In this document: piece by piece, positions 60,614-64,000 of the stretch | How the letters are laid out: every line of letters begins with the position of its first letter | Numbering within the stretch: the stretch's first letter is position 1 | DNA from: Zootoca vivipara | Taxonomy: Eukaryota | DNA: 64,000 bases | NCBI RefSeq assembly: GCF_963506605.1 | Contig: NC_083276.1 | Location: 105,028,001 to 105,092,000, forward strand | Direction of reading: 5' to 3' | Position numbers and translations under genes: made by a program | The notes under the pieces: model-generated | Database searches by the model: none | What the model was told of the DNA's origin: nothing | Seen by the model: the letters and a program-made list of their open reading frames with translations, nothing else

Positions 60614-61489
60614 CAAAAAGATTATCTATACTTTATTTCCTTTCCCCCTAACTCAGATTATAACACTGCTACATTTGCCATAGACTGACAAGTGATTTAC
60701 ACTCACAACTGTAATGTGTTTAAAGCTAAAGGGGTGGGGAGGCAAGCTATTCTCTTAGCCTTATTCTTCCAGGGTTTACAACGGTGTCAGATGTACTATC
60801 GCAAATGTGATCTAGACCATACAGAATGTCATTATGCCAGATATTAGAATCATTTAATCCATTGGCTAACTTAAAAGGTGACATCGGTAACACTTTTTCC
60901 TTTCATGTCAGAGTCTCCAAACCCCTGGTTTCAAGAAATAATTCAGAAAGAGTACTTGTGAAGGGGTCCTTTATGAAACTTCAGTAATAATACATCTGGA
61001 CCAACTGCTAACTATTAAATTGGCCTTCCCCCAACCTGACCCCCTCCAGATGTTTTTTGGACTACAACTCCATTTATCATGCCTCATGTGACCTGATGTG
61101 CTTTTTATGTGGTTCAGACAAAGCTGCCAGGGCAGCCGGGCAGCCAATGGCCTTTCAGACAGTGAGGCACACCCTCCAGAGCAGGACTCTCATTGGCCAA
61201 TTTAAAAAGCAGGAACTGGTGGGAACTCCAGCCAGCTACCTAGGTGGCCAGGGAAATTTCCCCAACAGTCACCTGGCCATGTGCGTTCTGGTCGCCCGCT
61301 GGTGGTGATTGAGTGTGAGGATCTGCAACAACCACACACCCAAAGGAATAGGTAGGCATCCATTATGAAAGCTGGTGACAGGACAGGACAGTCATAATGC
61401 ATTTTGGGGCAGTTCATTGAACCACTTGGGCTTTCTAATTTTCTTATTCTGTTCAAGACTCTTCTAAGATCCTTGTATACACACTTGAC

Positions 61490-61610
61490 TTTCGTATCAT
61501 GCATCATTCTTCCATGATGGCAAGATAGTGTCTAATCCAGGAACTGACCAGATCCAGACCCGCTTAGCTTCAGCAAAGTTGATGTGTGATGTTCCTTCAG
61601 ACCAATGCTT
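61490..61610 (-). mobile_element. 5S rRNA-derived SINE (SINE3-type), degenerate
   Basis: GAAGCTAAGCGGGTCTGGATCTGGTCAGTTCCTGGAT resembles the 5S internal control region GAAGCTAAGCAGGGTCGGGCCTGGTTAGTACTTGGAT. Confidence 0.65.
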
Positions 61611-62789
61611 CATCTAATTTCCCTCTTTATTTATATTACCACTGGAATTACAATTACTGCAAATTACTGCAATTGCTATTGATACCATTGCTCTCCATTT
61701 GCTTGCTGTTGGTGTACTAGATAATGTTAGTATGGAGTACAACTCAGGGGTATTTCTGCTTCTTGTGCATTGATGGCATGGTTATATATCTGGAAGAAGT
61801 GCACAGGCGATGATATTTGTACCTTGTTAAATGTGGTGTAGCAATGATAGTGTCAGCACCAAAGCAGTCCCCATAAAATGTTGACTGCACCAGTCAAAAA
61901 GGCAAAACAAGCTGGTAACAGTAGATGATGTTGTTGCTGCTGTTTCATTGCTGATCAGTTATTGTAAAATCACCAGTGTGTGTGGCCCCTGCCTTACAAT
62001 CCTATGCCTGCTTACTCAGATCTTTAAGATTTTTATTGTTCAATGCAGCTTTAATTGCTAAGCAAAGAAAGTTGTCAGAAAATGGCAAAAGGGCAGAAAA
62101 AGCGCAGGAAATCCCCCAGGTGACAACTACAAAGCACAATATCCTGAAAAATAGCAACATAAATTCTGTATCTCAAATTTCATAAATTGTGAGTTAATGA
62201 AACGAATCAGAGTGTGATTGCTTAGCAGTAGTTTATATTCAGGACGAGAGCTTTGGTAAGGGAAGAAACAAGATGTGCAGCAATACATAGAAAATGAGTA
62301 GGATTCAAATCCCAGCTAAGCTCAAAGTGAAAATGAATTTCTTCCTTTGATACATGCACCCATTTATGCAGATAACAAAAAACTCCAGGCGTGGAGTCTT
62401 ACATACTCGAACCTGGTTGAAGCTTCTGCCTGGGGATGCCAAAATGTAAAATACTGAGCATCTTATATTTAAAAATGGAGGAGTTAAGAGGTTCAAGCAA
62501 GCCTGCCCTGGGCTGTGTGTTTCTATATGTGAAACATAAAAGAGAGGTGCAGAGGTGCAGAAATTATGCATCTTCTACACATTGGTACTCTGAAGTCTGA
62601 GTCTAGAATCTTGGCATTAATGAACGATCTCTGGTTGGCCATAGATTTCTGAACTCTTTACTTTGATCTCTTTATCTCCTTCACAACGATTCCACCCAGA
62701 AATACCATTGTTCCTGTCGTTCTGTATACAGAAAGACAGGTAGACCTAGCCAGATCTCAAAAATTCCTAATTAGTGAAACTAGAAGATA

Positions 62790-63480
62790 CTTGACTGCCC
62801 AAATGCCATACATAGCTAATCTTGAAATACCAAAACAGCGAAGGGCTTTTACCCTGGCCCGCTGTCAGGCTCTCCCTTCAGCAATTCAAGAAGATACCTT
62901 ATGAGGAGAGGAAATGTCCATGTGTCTCTGGGAAGCAGGAAACAACAGAACATGCCCTTCTTTATTGCAAGTATTATAAAGACGTTCGAGCCAGGTTTAT
63001 CCAACCCGTCCTATATAAGTCCTATATAAGTTCCCTGGGCGTTCATCTCCCTATTACTACAGGACGAAAGCCCAGAAGTCACATATTCAGTCGCCAGATT
63101 CTGCACTGCCATGATAGACATTCGTCGAAGGATGGTCTATGGTACAAATCAGTCATAAAATAAAGTCCCATATTGTAAGATCTGTATCATTGAAGCCTCA
63201 TCCCATATAGCTGTTTAACAAGTCCCTTTTAATCCCTTTATTATCCACCTATTATTTATGCTTAACCAAGTATTTTATGTATATGTTTTAATCTATGGTT
63301 AGTTTTTGCCCCTATTTATTTAATGATTATTTGTTTAGATTCATATTGTTATGTTATTTAAATGTTTTGCTTATGTTTCGAATTTTGTACAAGGAGGCAG
63401 CTAACATTCAAATGGGGATGTATTCATAGCTGATGTATGTACTACTCATTAATTGTGAAAATAATGTTCTTTTAAAAATA
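62790..63480 (+). mobile_element. LINE 3' end with a CCHC zinc knuckle (RTE-X-like)
   Basis: RRAFTLARCQALPSA..IPYEERKCPCVSGKQETTEHALLYCKYYKDVR, then a T-rich UTR. Confidence 0.65.
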
Positions 63481-64000
63481 ATAATAATGGGGCTGTATTA
63501 GGTGCTATTCAGGTATCGGGTTGCACTGAGACATATCGTAAAGTAGAAGGACACATGTAATGGCTGTCCCTTTAGCTACATGAATACAAAAACCAGCTGT
63601 TACCCAGACTTGTCTGCCATTCTTAAGTGATACACACAAGTCTGGAATTGGACAACAGGAAACCAACAAATTGTTATTGTATTCACAAAGATAGAAATTA
63701 ATTTAAGGTCATGCTAGTTGTTGGTTGTTGTTGTTTTTTTAAAAAAGAAAGAATGGCTGGTTCTTGTTTTTGCATAGAAAGGGGAATAATTATTGTATGC
63801 TTCTGCTTCTTAAGAGACCTCTACGCAACCTGATATCTGAGCAGCATCTAAAACACACACATCCTTTTGAATGTTTGCTCCCTCACTTCATCATAAGCCC
63901 CTTACAAAATGTAGACAGAGATGGTTTGGACCACCAGCCAAATATATGTATTCTCCTCCCCACCCTTTTTATTTTTCCTTTTGCTTGCCATCTAGCCTTT

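Noticed and set aside
61291-61306. CTCF-like CCACCAGCGGGCG on the minus strand
   Set aside because: Mismatch at a core position; a lone motif is not sufficient evidence
61852-61872. RE1/REST left half-site TCAGCACC
   Set aside because: The right half GGACAG is absent

Overview
This is eukaryotic, repeat-rich, apparently non-coding DNA from a squamate reptile. The combination of Sauria SINEs, BovB, CR1, L2, Rex1, Penelope and a tRNA(Lys)/CR1 SINE points to a lacertid-type lizard. I could not support any host protein-coding exon, tRNA gene, rRNA gene or CRISPR array; the ORFs I could recognise are retroelement remnants or run through N gaps. Four assembly gaps are present. Between the repeats lie several repeat-free, homeodomain-motif-rich blocks that look like conserved enhancers of a gene desert or large intron (inference). 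The main highlights are four. (1) Penelope-like pseudo-LTRs carry a TATA-Inr-minimal hammerhead ribozyme module: one intact copy at 14859-14896 (-), plus tandem and head-to-head mini-insertions with TSDs. (2) A chimeric non-autonomous hAT element, present twice, has captured an L2 3' end with its microsatellite tail and has a duplicated right terminus. (3) A 136-bp MITE core occurs with three different self-complementary TIR sets. (4) Other notable items are MITEs loaded with ETS/YY1/NRF1 motifs, a four-level nested insertion, a 5S-derived SINE and a bipartite RTE. Family names come from motif recognition, not from database searches.
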